DNA of 63,990 bases, filler included, from Malassezia furfur (lineage: Eukaryota): the NCBI GenBank assembly GCA_052055015.1. It is 3 parts of 3 records of this genome, joined end to end, with 100 filler letters (N's around TTAATTAATTAA, not from the genome) between each part and the next. Parts side by side here need not be neighbours in the genome. Positions count along the whole stretch, not along the records: positions 43,454 to 63,990 come from JBQJIT010000176.1; 2 more parts are not named here. The stretch is one strand, 5' to 3'. The translations under genes and the position numbers were made by a program. Positions 55,048 through 63,990 of this stretch are shown one piece after another. The notes beneath the pieces are model-generated. The model had not been told where the DNA came from and ran no database searches. It saw only the letters and a list, made by a program, of their open reading frames with translations. Numbering within the stretch: position 1 is the first letter of the stretch; every line of letters starts with the position of its first letter.

Positions 55048-55956
55048 TTAGTCTGCCTTGTAGAAGCGCGTGTCCTCCCAGCCCAGCTCGTCGATCGACG
55101 CGCCCATCACCGTGTCGGTCGCCGAGTTGTACGCGACATAGTTCAGGCGGCCGTAGCGCTTGGGATCCTTGGAGATGTTGCTGATGCGCTCCATCTGCTT
55201 GTCCGTGAGCGTGATCAGCTGCAGGTTCTGCAGCGCACGCGTCGGGTTCGTGCTCTTGGGCAGGACACCCACGCCACGCTGCACGTTCCAGCTGAGTGCC
55301 ACTTGGCCGGGCGACGCATGCGTCTCCTCGGCGACCATCATCACGTCGGGGTCCTTGAGGATCGGCGAGTTCGCCTGGCCGAGCGGCGTGTACGCCGTGA
55401 CCAAAATGTTGTGCTTCTTGCACAGCTCCACCACGTCCCAGTCGGGCAGGAAGGGGTGCGACTCGATCTGGTTCACGGCGGGGACCACCTTGCACTGCGG
55501 CAGGAGCTCATTGAGCGTCTTGACGCTAAAGTTGGAAATGCCGATCGCACGGACCTTGCCCTTGCGCGTCTCGAGCAGCTTCTCCATGCTCTTCCACGTG
55601 TCGACAAAGTGCGCCGAGCCCTGCGGCCAGTGCATCAGGTAGAGGTCGATGTAGTCCAGACCGAGCTGCTCAAGGCTCCTGTCGAAAGAGCCCTCCACGT
55701 TCGCATGGTCCTGGTTCGGCAGCTTGGTGGTGACAAAGATCTCCTCACGCGGGATGCCGCTCTCGCGGATCTTCTCACCGACCACATCCTCGTTGCCGTA
55801 CATCGACGCAGTGTCAAAGTGGCGGTAGCCGGTCTTGAGCGCCATCACCATGCCATCGGCAAGGTCGAACGCGCCCGGGGCACCCATCCAGCACCCCATG
55901 CCCACGGCAGGGATGCGCGCGCCCGTGTTCAGCGTAAAGTACTTTTGGTCCACCAT
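55048..55956 (-). CDS. Aldo-keto reductase (Gcy1/Ypr1-like)
   Basis: LNTGARIPAVGMG, GYRHFDTASMYGNE, FVTTKL, DLYLMHWP, IGISNF, NQIESHP, AYTPLG, LPKS. Confidence 0.93.
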   Translation of the reverse strand: MVDQKYFTLNTGARIPAVGMGCWMGAPGAFDLADGMVMALKTGYRHFDTASMYGNEDVVGEKIRESGIPREEIFVTTKLPNQDHANVEGSFDRSLEQLGLDYIDLYLMHWPQGSAHFVDTWKSMEKLLETRKGKVRAIGISNFSVKTLNELLPQCKVVPAVNQIESHPFLPDWDVVELCKKHNILVTAYTPLGQANSPILKDPDVMMVAEETHASPGQVALSWNVQRGVGVLPKSTNPTRALQNLQLITLTDKQMERISNISKDPKRYGRLNYVAYNSATDTVMGASIDELGWEDTRFYKAD

Positions 55957-56012
55957 TGTGGCTGAAGGCCGACCTGGCCCCAGGGGAACGGCCGCACGGG
56001 CCGCCCCTGCTC

Positions 56013-56020
56013 GTCACGTG
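56013..56020 (+). promoter_or_regulatory. GTCACGTG in the divergent promoter AKR/CKS1
   Basis: Exact RTCACGTG match. Confidence 0.55.
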
Positions 56021-56089
56021 CGTGACACGTTAAGGGTCGCGCGGATCGCTGCCTAAAGGTTTCGCGCAAATTGTGCTGGAGCGCGCACC

Positions 56090-56582
56090 ATGTCGAACGA
56101 GCCCTCGTACGAGGAGTACGTCGAGCGGTATGTCTACGACCTGACCCAGGATTCACTACTCGGAGAAATACTGTGATGACAATTGGGAATACCGGTAGGT
56201 TGCGCGTGTTGCGCCGCGCCAAGCACGGTGCTTATACCAGTCACGTCATCCTTCCAAAACCGTTCCTGAAGCGGATCCCCAAGTCGTACTTTGATCCAGA
56301 GGAGCCCGGTGTGCTCCGTATTCTTTCCGATGCGGAATGGCGGGGGATCGGCATCACGCAGAGTCTCGGCTGGGAGCACTACGAGGTGCATGGTACGCAC
56401 ACGCAGCTCACGCCCAGCCCCCGAACCGCATATCCTTCTTTTCCGCCGGGAAAAGGACTACCAAGAAAAGGTACGCCGCGCACACACTCACACAGTACGG
56501 CCCCCACGGCAAACCCTCGGATGCAGCCAAGATCAAGGCCGCCTCCGCCGCACAGCAGCAAAACATGGGCGGACCTCGTTAA
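56090..56582 (+). CDS. CKS1: Cyclin-dependent kinase regulatory subunit; introns 56128-56149, 56195-56240, 56393-56417, 56471-56495
   Basis: Spliced [56 protein letters not shown]. Confidence 0.95.
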
Positions 56583-56725
56583 ATAGACGCTGCATAGCTA
56601 CGACGCCAGTGTGAAACTGACTGACCAGGCCACGGCACTCGTGCCGCGCGTGCAATCGGTGCAAACACCCGTGGGCGAGGCTTGACATGCCCTTGGCGCG
56701 TCGCAATTATTTCTCCACTCTCGCG

Positions 56726-58486
56726 ATGGTGCCCACCGAAACCGACTTCGCGTGCGCGATGGAGCGACCGCGCGATGTCGTGCAGGAGATCTATGGTACG
56801 TGGCGCACGTAATCCAGCACAACATGCCTCGCTGCCAGACACGGTGCGTGGCGTCGAGGCGCACTTTCGCGAGCTCTTTCACGACCCAGAGAGGCGCATG
56901 CGCGTACGTTTTGGGCGCTGACGCAGATCCCTCTGCTGGACGAGGGCAACCTCGACACCCTCTTGCAGCACGCACAAAGCCCCGAGGGGCGACGAAATGG
57001 CGTGCTGGTGCGGTGGATCTGCATGATCCAGGACACGGGCGTACGTGTTCCGCTTACCCAGTTTGGCTGCGAACTGTTCCTGGGCACGCTCCGTGCGAAC
57101 GACTCGTCGGTGTGCGGCCTGTACGGCGCGGAAGCGCGCTTTGATGCTATCCAGGAGACGGACGCGTCACCCCATAACATGGCCGAGCGGCTCGTGGTGT
57201 GTGGCGTCTCCATACCGGGCGAGTCGCCGTGGGTGCACCAGCTGCTGGCCGGCAGCGAAGACGTCACCGCGGCGCTTGCGCGCCTCGCCCTGAATGGTGC
57301 CGACCGCGCAAAACGCGCGGCGTCGGAACGCAGCCCCATCGCCGAGCAGCCAAGCATCACAGCGCTGGTCAAGCTCGCAGACGTGGACCGAGCCGAGCAG
57401 CTGCACACCACTGAGCTCATCGAGGTGCTTGGCCTGCTGGACACCAGCTTCTTGCCGAACCCCGAGCTTCCGATCGAGGGCACGGCCGAGGACTCGCTGC
57501 CGCAGCTGCCGTGCATCCATGCGCTGTGCTTTGACCGGGTGCAGGAAGATGCGGCGCTCCTGCCCATGCTCCACACCGCGTCGCTGACGGCGCCGCCGGC
57601 GTTTGCAGGTGTGGAAGAGACGCGGAATGCGATCATCGGCTATCTCGTGCACAACCTGGCGGGCGACGTCCTCGCCGCTGAGTTTGTGCTTTTGGCACTA
57701 CTCGCCAAGATGTACGTGCCTTGCTCACCCAGCCATGTCCGCCGCCCTGGCTTGGCGGTCGGTTCGCTCTCGCTGAACCTGTCGCACGTGGAAAGCACCG
57801 CGGTGCACCTCGGCCTGTTTGACGCCATTGCGTCGCTGGTACCCGCGGCGGTCGCGGAGCGCATGACGCTCGACAACCTGAACGACGCGAGCCGCTCCTT
57901 CTACGTACGCAGTACCGATGCGGGCATGTCGGCGGGGCGGCTGCAGCTTCCACGCAACACCTGCGTTGTCGTGGACGAGGTATGCCTTGGCGACGGCAAG
58001 CTGCTGGACGCCGGCGTCCGCAACGTGCGCGCCCTGGCCAACGTGCTCCAGAACCACACACTCACCTACCAATTCCCCTTTTCCGAGCTTGAGCTTGACA
58101 CGGATTTGAACGTGGTGGTGGTCAGTACCGGCAAGTCGTTGCTGCCCGTCGACGTGCAAGTTCCGCTGCAGGGCGAGCATGTAAGCCTCGGCGAGACATG
58201 TGTGCCTGCGCCTCCCGCGGCACTCACCGCATTCCGTGCGTACGTGCTGCAGGCACGCCAGGCGCAGGCCACCGTGCCCGAGTCCATGTCGATCCCGATC
58301 CAGAACTACTTTGTCGAGCGCCGGCAGAGCGGGCCGCGGTACGCGTACACCGAGCTGGACTTGCAGCGGTGTCTGAACCTCGCGCGCATCGTTGCCGTCT
58401 CTTTCGGGCAGCGTGAGCTGACGCCCGCGGCATGGGCGCACGCCGTGCAGCTGGACGAACAGCGGATGCAGCGCCTCGCTCCGTAG
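56726..58486 (+). CDS. MCMBP: Mini-chromosome maintenance complex-binding protein; introns 56796-56817, 56904-56926, 57041-57061, 57712-57732
   Basis: LVRWICMIQD, ER..VSIPGESPW, LAGDVLAAEFVLLALL, GRLQLPRNTCVVVDE..GKL..GVRN, YQFPF, STGKSLLP. Confidence 0.88.
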
Positions 58487-58500
58487 CCTCCACATACCCC

Positions 58501-59926
58501 ATGGTCCGCGACTTGGCGCAGCAGCGCGTCGGGCGCGCAGATCGCGCGAGCGACGTGGGACGCGCGAGCGGTGCGAGGCGCATCCCACAGGATGCATCGC
58601 CGTGGGCACACAGTCGTCCGCCCTTCCGCTCGGCGCACGCTAACGTGCTCGCAACGCCGCCGCGCGCCGCGTCGCCCGAGCGATCGTCGGCGAGGTCGGC
58701 GTCCGAGCAGCCTGCCGCGGCGACCACGCCACGCACACCGCATACCCCGCTCCAGCGCAAGGGTGCGTATGCCAGTCCTGCGCGGCCATATGCGCGCACG
58801 GCAGAGCAGCCGACCGAGCGTGCGACGGCGCCGCCGGCGTCCGCGTGGCCCTGGACTTTGGATGGGCGCGAATGGTGCGTGCAAGGCTCACATAGGCTCG
58901 TGCAGCTCTCCAACGCATTCCAGTCGGGATGGCAGAGCCTCGAGATGGAGCTCGAGCAAGCCATCTACTCGCCCGAGCTCGGTGTGCCGATTGGCATTGC
59001 CCTGCATGCCTTGTCGCTGCTGTCACAAGTCATGCTGCCTGGCTCTTCGTTTGCGCTCCCGTGTGTCTCGTCGACATATGCGCCTTCGAGCCAGCGGCGT
59101 GGTAAAACGCATCTCTTTTCGCAGCACCGCCGCAGCGACGACCGCAAGAGCTACTCGGCGCACCTCGGCCGCTTGCTTGCGGCGCAGCGCATGGCCGCTC
59201 AGCGCTATGCGGTACGTTGAACTCTGACCCAGTCGCGTGTGCTTTCGCTCGCACTGATTTTTGTCGCTCTGTACAACGCATACCTGCTCTTCCATCGGCG
59301 GCGCACGTACCGTTTGTGGTACCGCGAGGAGAAGGTGCGCTCTTTTCTAACGCAGGATGTGCTCTCCAACCCTCACGCCTCGCTTGAGGAGCCGCCGACG
59401 GACCCACCGGCGCCGCGTAGCTGGCATGAGCTCGCACGGTACGTAAGAATGCTCATGCAGTGACTGGGCACTAGCTGCGGCTCGTCAAGTCCCGGTCGTG
59501 GAGTGGTTTGTACCGCCGGCACCCATTCCCGCAGCACCGCCGAAGCGCGAACGCATTTACACGCTGCGGGTCTGGGACGTACTCGAGGCGCCGCTCTATG
59601 TCTTTGCGTACGTCGTGTGCTGACCCAGCCTCTACTCGCCCGCCCATGCACTGTGGTGGGCCATGGCTGGCTCGCTGGGGCTTGGCGCATGGACGACGTG
59701 GCTGCTGACCGCCGTGCTCATGAGCGCATTCTCGCTGCAAACCTACTACCTCGGTGTGCAATACGCGGCGCTCGTGCGCGACCGCCAGGTGCTCTCTGCC
59801 GAGGTGCTGCGCGAGTACGATGAAAAGGTACGTGACTAGCTCATGCAGTTTGTCCTGCCGCGCGCAATGCCGCTCGTGCGCGAGGCATCGACGATGACCG
59901 ACGTGCATGGTGCCGATTTTGATTAG
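58501..59926 (+). CDS. NUR1: Nuclear rim protein Nur1/Mug154-like; introns 59212-59232, 59335-59355, 59439-59460, 59608-59628, 59828-59848
   Basis: PIGIALH, NAYLLFHRRRTYRL, LRVWD..FALYSPAH, VRDRQVLSAEVLREYDEKFVLPR emerge only after splicing five 21-22-nt introns. Confidence 0.8.
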
Positions 59927-60447
59927 GCATCGTCGTAGGCCCGCCTACGTTCTTCCCAAACGTCGCGGTCGTCCACATCCGCCCGCGGCGCATCGTAGTC
60001 CGGCCGCTCATCCCGTGCATTTCCCCTGGGTGATCGCTCCTGGTCGTCGCGCTGGGCGCGACCCCAGACGCGCCGCGGAGGGCTGCGCTCCGCGCGGCGC
60101 GGCGGCATGCGCGGCCCTTCGAGGCGTGGATCCTCAGAGAGTGTCGCACGAATGTACACGCCGTCAATCTGACCATTGTCCATGTGTTCAATGGCCCTCT
60201 CGGCATCTTCGATGCGGTCGTACTGCAGCACCGCACTGCGCCGCAGCGTGTCTGGGTCAGGGGCGCACGTACCTCTTCGTACGCGAAGCCGCGCGATCCG
60301 ACCGTAATGCCCAAAGATCTCGTCGAGGTGTCGGTCGTCGACCTTGTCCGTGAGGCCGTATACGTAGACATTGGGACGTGCGTCGCGCGTAGGCGGCGGC
60401 GTCCGCTCTGCCGGCAGGTGCGGCACGCGCTCGGGGCTCGACGCCAT
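59923..60447 (-). CDS. Small RRM protein with Arg-rich tail (RNPS1-like); probable in-frame intron 60252-60272
   Basis: VYVYGLTDKVDDRHLDEIFGHYGRI..AERAIEHMDNGQIDG. Confidence 0.7.
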   Translation of the reverse strand: MASSPERVPHLPAERTPPPTRDARPNVYVYGLTDKVDDRHLDEIFGHYGRIARLRVRRGTCAPDPDTLRRSAVLQYDRIEDAERAIEHMDNGQIDGVYIRATLSEDPRLEGPRMPPRRAERSPPRRVWGRAQRDDQERSPRGNARDERPDYDAPRADVDDRDVWEERRRAYDDA

Positions 60448-60552
60448 GGCCCCCCTTCGACGTGCTTAGTCAGGGTGTTCTTTGTGTGTGCGCGCACCGA
60501 CCATCATAAAGGCGCGCGGGGGGGCGCCGCGCGCCCTTGAGGGCGTGCGGCG

Positions 60553-62213
60553 ATGCCTATGGTCCTAAACTGGCTGGGAATCGCGGTGGTCATCGCCTGG
60601 TACATGTATGGCGCAGTGGTCACGACGCAGCAGCGCGTGACGCAGCTCGCAGACCTGCTGATCGATGCACAGCAGGACTGGCAGGCCGCGTGCCGCCGCG
60701 TCGACGCGGCGGCAGCGGCAGTGAGCAGCCTACCACAGGATCTGGCATGGAGCATTGGCAACGAGTCGCTGCGCGTCGTCGAGGCCATGCTCCATACGCT
60801 TGCACGCATTCTTCTCGCCCTGTACGTGTGCTTCTGACGCAGCCTTGACATGGGTGGCCTGGTGCTCGCGTGGATCTGCTCATCGTACCGCGCCATCTTT
60901 GTGTGCACGGTGCAGCTGGTGGTGCAGGGCTCACTCGCGCTTCTTGACGCTGCGACGCAGGCCATCGCCGACGCCGTGCGGGCCGCTGGGCAGGCGCTGG
61001 AGGCACTGCTGCGGACGGCGATCCAAGGTGCGCAAGGCGCCGCAGATGTGGCGACTGACACGCTCAACGGCGTGCTGGGCGTGTTTGGGACGCACGTCGA
61101 TGCGCCGCAGCTCAGTGAGCCTGCGGCGCTGCAAGTGCTGCGTAACATTACGCTGCCCCCCGCCCTTGTGCAGCCGTTCCGTTCTGTCCAGCTGCCGACG
61201 GTCGACTCGCTGCGTGCCGCGTCGCGCGACACGTTCGACGGCATACTCCAGAATGTCAAGCAGGACATCCGTGCGGGTCTCGGAAGTGTTGCATTGCCGA
61301 TACCGCCGCGCCCCGCGGTGCGTGCGCCGCCGGCCGTGTGCCGCGACGTGGCGTGGTCGGCGTTTGACGATGGGGCGCATGAGCTTGCGCGGCTGGCGTA
61401 CGGCGCGTACTTTGCCGCAGCGATTGGCGCCGCGCTCGCCCTTGGCCTTGCATGCGGGGCGTGCTGGCTGCGCCCGCGGACGCCCTCGCCGAGCGCCGGA
61501 TGGGCAGACGTGCGGCACCGCGCACGGACCGCCTTGACCAGTCCGCTGCTCGTGTTTGTCGGTGCGCTCGTTTTGCTGCACGTGGGGGTGGTGCAAGTTG
61601 AGCTGGGGGTCGTGCATGCGATGCGCCAGCGGCTGGACGAGGTACGTTGCGGCGACTCACGCAGCTCCCTCGCATGCCCACGGCGTCCGCGCCGGCGCTC
61701 GTCGGCAGTGCCGCCGAGGTGGTACGTGCGACGAACGCACAGCTCGCCCAGGTACAGAACGACGTCAATGCGGTGCTGGCGCGCGGCGTCAACGAGGTGG
61801 TGCCCGGGGCGCTCGCTGCCCTCAATGCCGTGTTTGACGTGATCTCGGGTACGATCCGCGACGTGCTAGGAGCGACGCCGCTGCAGGCGCCCGTGCAGCA
61901 GTTTGCCATGTGTGTCGTCGGCAACAAGGTGCTCGCTGCGGAGCGCATGCTGCGCCAGCTGCAGAGCGCTCTGCGCGTCGAGATGCCGGCACTGGCGCTC
62001 GGTGCGATGCCCGCGCCCGCGGCGCTGCTGACGCCTGCCCTCGGCGCGCTGGCCGACGATGCGCTGCGCCCCGCGTACCGTGCGCTGGCGCGGCACGCCG
62101 CGTCGCTCGAGCGCGACCGGCTTGCGACGCTGGGGATCGGTGGCGCAAGTGCGGTAGTCGTCGCGGCGCAGATCCTGTGGCCTGTGCGTCGTCCAGCACC
62201 GAAAGTCGTCTAA
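60553..62213 (+). CDS. PRM1: Plasma-membrane fusion protein Prm1-like; introns 60822-60842, 61642-61664
   Basis: AAC..AA..SLP, SYRAIFVCTVQLVVQG, central TM pair, FG/LGATPL..PV..CVVGNK pattern of Prm1; the introns join three ORF-track frames. Confidence 0.7.
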
Positions 62214-62217
62214 GGGC

Positions 62218-63990
62218 CTACAGAAGCGGCGCATGGGTCCCGCTCGCCTTGGTGGGCGACACGGCAAGTTTGGCTGGCGATGCCAGACGCGCTGGGGTGC
62301 GGTCCTTGCGGTGGAGGTCGGTGTTGTCGATCGCGAGGCTCTTGGTGCAGTTGTTCGTCTTGTATACGCCGACGAGGCGCGAGCTGAGCTCAAACATGTT
62401 ATTCCGTAGCGAGATGATGATGAACTGAGCGCCGCGCGTGCGCTCCTTGATGATGTTGGCGATGATCGACACGTTGCGGAAGTCGAGCGCGGCGTCGATC
62501 TCGTCCATAACGTAGAGCGGCGTCGGCTTGTAGGCGTGCAGCGCAAAGACAAGCGCGAGACTGCTCAGCGTCTTTTCGCCGCCGCTCAGGTTGCTGATGT
62601 TCTTCCAGCTCTTTTTGGGCGGCATCACACTAAAGATGATGCCCTCGCTGAACGGGTCGAGGCTGTCGACCAGCTCGAGCTCCGCGTTGCCGCCGAGCGT
62701 GATGGTCTGGTACATCTCTTTGAGCTTGAGCGAGATTTGCGAGAAGCCGTGCATGAAGCGCTCCAGACGCTCCTTGCGCAGCGCCTCGAGCTTGGCCTGC
62801 GCCTCGTCGCGCGCGGCGGTGGTCTGCTCGAGGTCGCGCGCGCGCGTAAGGAAGGTCTCTTCGGTCTTGCGGTACTCGTCGAGCACCTCGAGGTTGACCG
62901 TGTCGCCGGCGAGGCGCGACTCGAGCTCGGCGATCGCGGATTCCGCGGCGCGCACGTCCACGGCCGCGAGGGCCGCTTCGTCGAGCTCGGGCAGCTCGGC
63001 GGGCGCGGCGCCGGCACTGGCGTCGCCGTCGGTAGCCTCCGGCGCCGCCTCGTCGGTGGCGCGCTGTGCGTCTCCGTCCGGCTGCGCTTCGGGCACCTCG
63101 ACGTCCATGGCCTCGGCCTTGACGTGCGCAGGCTCGCTGGTCGGCTCGCGGCTGGCGTCCTGGGCGGGCGGCGCGTCGGGCACGTCGTGGAGCGCCAGCT
63201 CGGCGAGCCGCTTCTGCCACGTGTGCACCTGCTTCTCGTGCTCGGCGGCGCGGCGCTGCAAGTCTTCGCGCTTCTGCTGCGTGTCGACCTCGAGCTTGCG
63301 GAACGCCCGCAAGGCGCGTGCGTGCTCCTCGAGCTGCGCCTCGAGCTCGGCGCGCTTCTCGCTCTGGGCATCCGCGTCGTAGCGCGCCGCATCCACCGCC
63401 TCGCGTGCGGCGTCGACGTCGCGCTGCGCCGCGGCGCTCTGTGACTCGACCTCGGCGAGCTCCGCGTCGAGCTGGGCGAGCTGTGCATCGCTCGTGGCAT
63501 GCGCCGCCTCGATGCGGCGCACCTCGCCCTCGGCCGTCGCCTGCGTCACCTCCACTTTCGCCTGGCGTTCCTGATTGAGCGCCAGCATCCCCCGCACACC
63601 CTCGACCTTGCTCTGGAGCGTGCGCAGCTCGACGCCGCCCGCGTCGAGGATCTGTTCCTGGAGCGCGCGGATGGCGTCCTGGACGCGCGCGGCGGCACCC
63701 TCGAGCTCGGCCAGCGCCGCGTCGTGCGCCTGGAGCGCCGCATCGAGCTCGGCGGCGCGCGCAGCGTCGGCGTCCGCACGCGCGTCGGGCGCGTCGGTGA
63801 GCGCGGCGAGGTGCGCCTCGGCGTCTGCGACGCGCTGCTCGCCCGCGCGCACGTCCATCTCGAGCAGCGCGAGGCGCCGCTGGATCTCGGGCACACGCTG
63901 CTCGTTGGCGGCATGCAGCGCGGCGAGCTGCGCCACCGACGCGCGGTGCCCGTCGAGCTGCTGCTGCGCGAGCTGCGCGGCACGCTGCAG
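62218..63990 (-). CDS. SMC4: Condensin subunit Smc4, C-terminal part (5' outside the window)
   Basis: LKEMYQTITLGGNAELELVDSLDPFSEGI, PPKKSWKNISNLSGGEKTLSSLAL, PTPLYVMDEIDAALDFRNVSI, ISLRNNMFEL. Confidence 0.97.
   Translation of the reverse strand: MQRAAQLAQQQLDGHRASVAQLAALHAANEQRVPEIQRRLALLEMDVRAGEQRVADAEAHLAALTDAPDARADADAARAAELDAALQAHDAALAELEGAAARVQDAIRALQEQILDAGGVELRTLQSKVEGVRGMLALNQERQAKVEVTQATAEGEVRRIEAAHATSDAQLAQLDAELAEVESQSAAAQRDVDAAREAVDAARYDADAQSEKRAELEAQLEEHARALRAFRKLEVDTQQKREDLQRRAAEHEKQVHTWQKRLAELALHDVPDAPPAQDASREPTSEPAHVKAEAMDVEVPEAQPDGDAQRATDEAAPEATDGDASAGAAPAELPELDEAALAAVDVRAAESAIAELESRLAGDTVNLEVLDEYRKTEETFLTRARDLEQTTAARDEAQAKLEALRKERLERFMHGFSQISLKLKEMYQTITLGGNAELELVDSLDPFSEGIIFSVMPPKKSWKNISNLSGGEKTLSSLALVFALHAYKPTPLYVMDEIDAALDFRNVSIIANIIKERTRGAQFIIISLRNNMFELSSRLVGVYKTNNCTKSLAIDNTDLHRKDRTPARLASPAKLAVSPTKASGTHAPLL

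Noticed and set aside
59212..60842. Stop-codon readthrough or an alternative genetic code for the in-frame TGA/TAG in NUR1 and PRM1
   Set aside because: All these stops fall inside canonical 21-nt GT-AG units, and TGA and TAG are used as normal terminators elsewhere in the window

Overview
Eukaryotic, very gene-dense, GC-rich fungal DNA. The gene content, compaction and tiny introns point to a Malassezia-like basidiomycete yeast (inference; species not determinable). The window is three unrelated contig pieces joined by 100-nt artificial spacers (44 N + TTAATTAATTAA + 44 N at 21735-21834 and 43354-43453). I reconstructed about 38 protein genes, mostly conserved housekeeping genes (DCTN5, NPT1, myosin RLC, VPS68, CEF1, HIS5, MED17, FKBP, LSM4, NAB2, RIB2/PUS9-like, MTG1, PMC1, COQ9, CIA1, CTK3, EAF6, NOP4, GDH2, KGD1, SNC, RPL17, NUM1-like, GRS1, FMP25, AKR, CKS1, MCMBP, NUR1, PRM1, SMC4), plus a truncated tRNA gene. 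No transposons or CRISPR arrays were seen. The strongest signal is gene architecture. By hand I placed 52 GT-AG introns, 36 of them 21-25 nt, with an apparent floor at 21 nt and a fused branch-point/acceptor. Several 21-nt introns carry in-frame stops inside conserved motifs, so they must be spliced. Other highlights: divergent promoters of only 29-220 nt that repeatedly carry a Cbf1-type RTCACGTG box; convergent genes with abutting or overlapping stop codons; a duplicated 5' splice site in the single long RPL17 intron (candidate AS-NMD autoregulation); a RluA/Rib2 pseudouridine synthase fused to a THUMP-like C-terminus; a >2500-aa Num1-like protein built from His/Ala/Glu 11/22-residue repeats; and a one-base frameshift in a secreted GxSxG hydrolase. 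All exon coordinates were read by eye and need RNA-seq confirmation.
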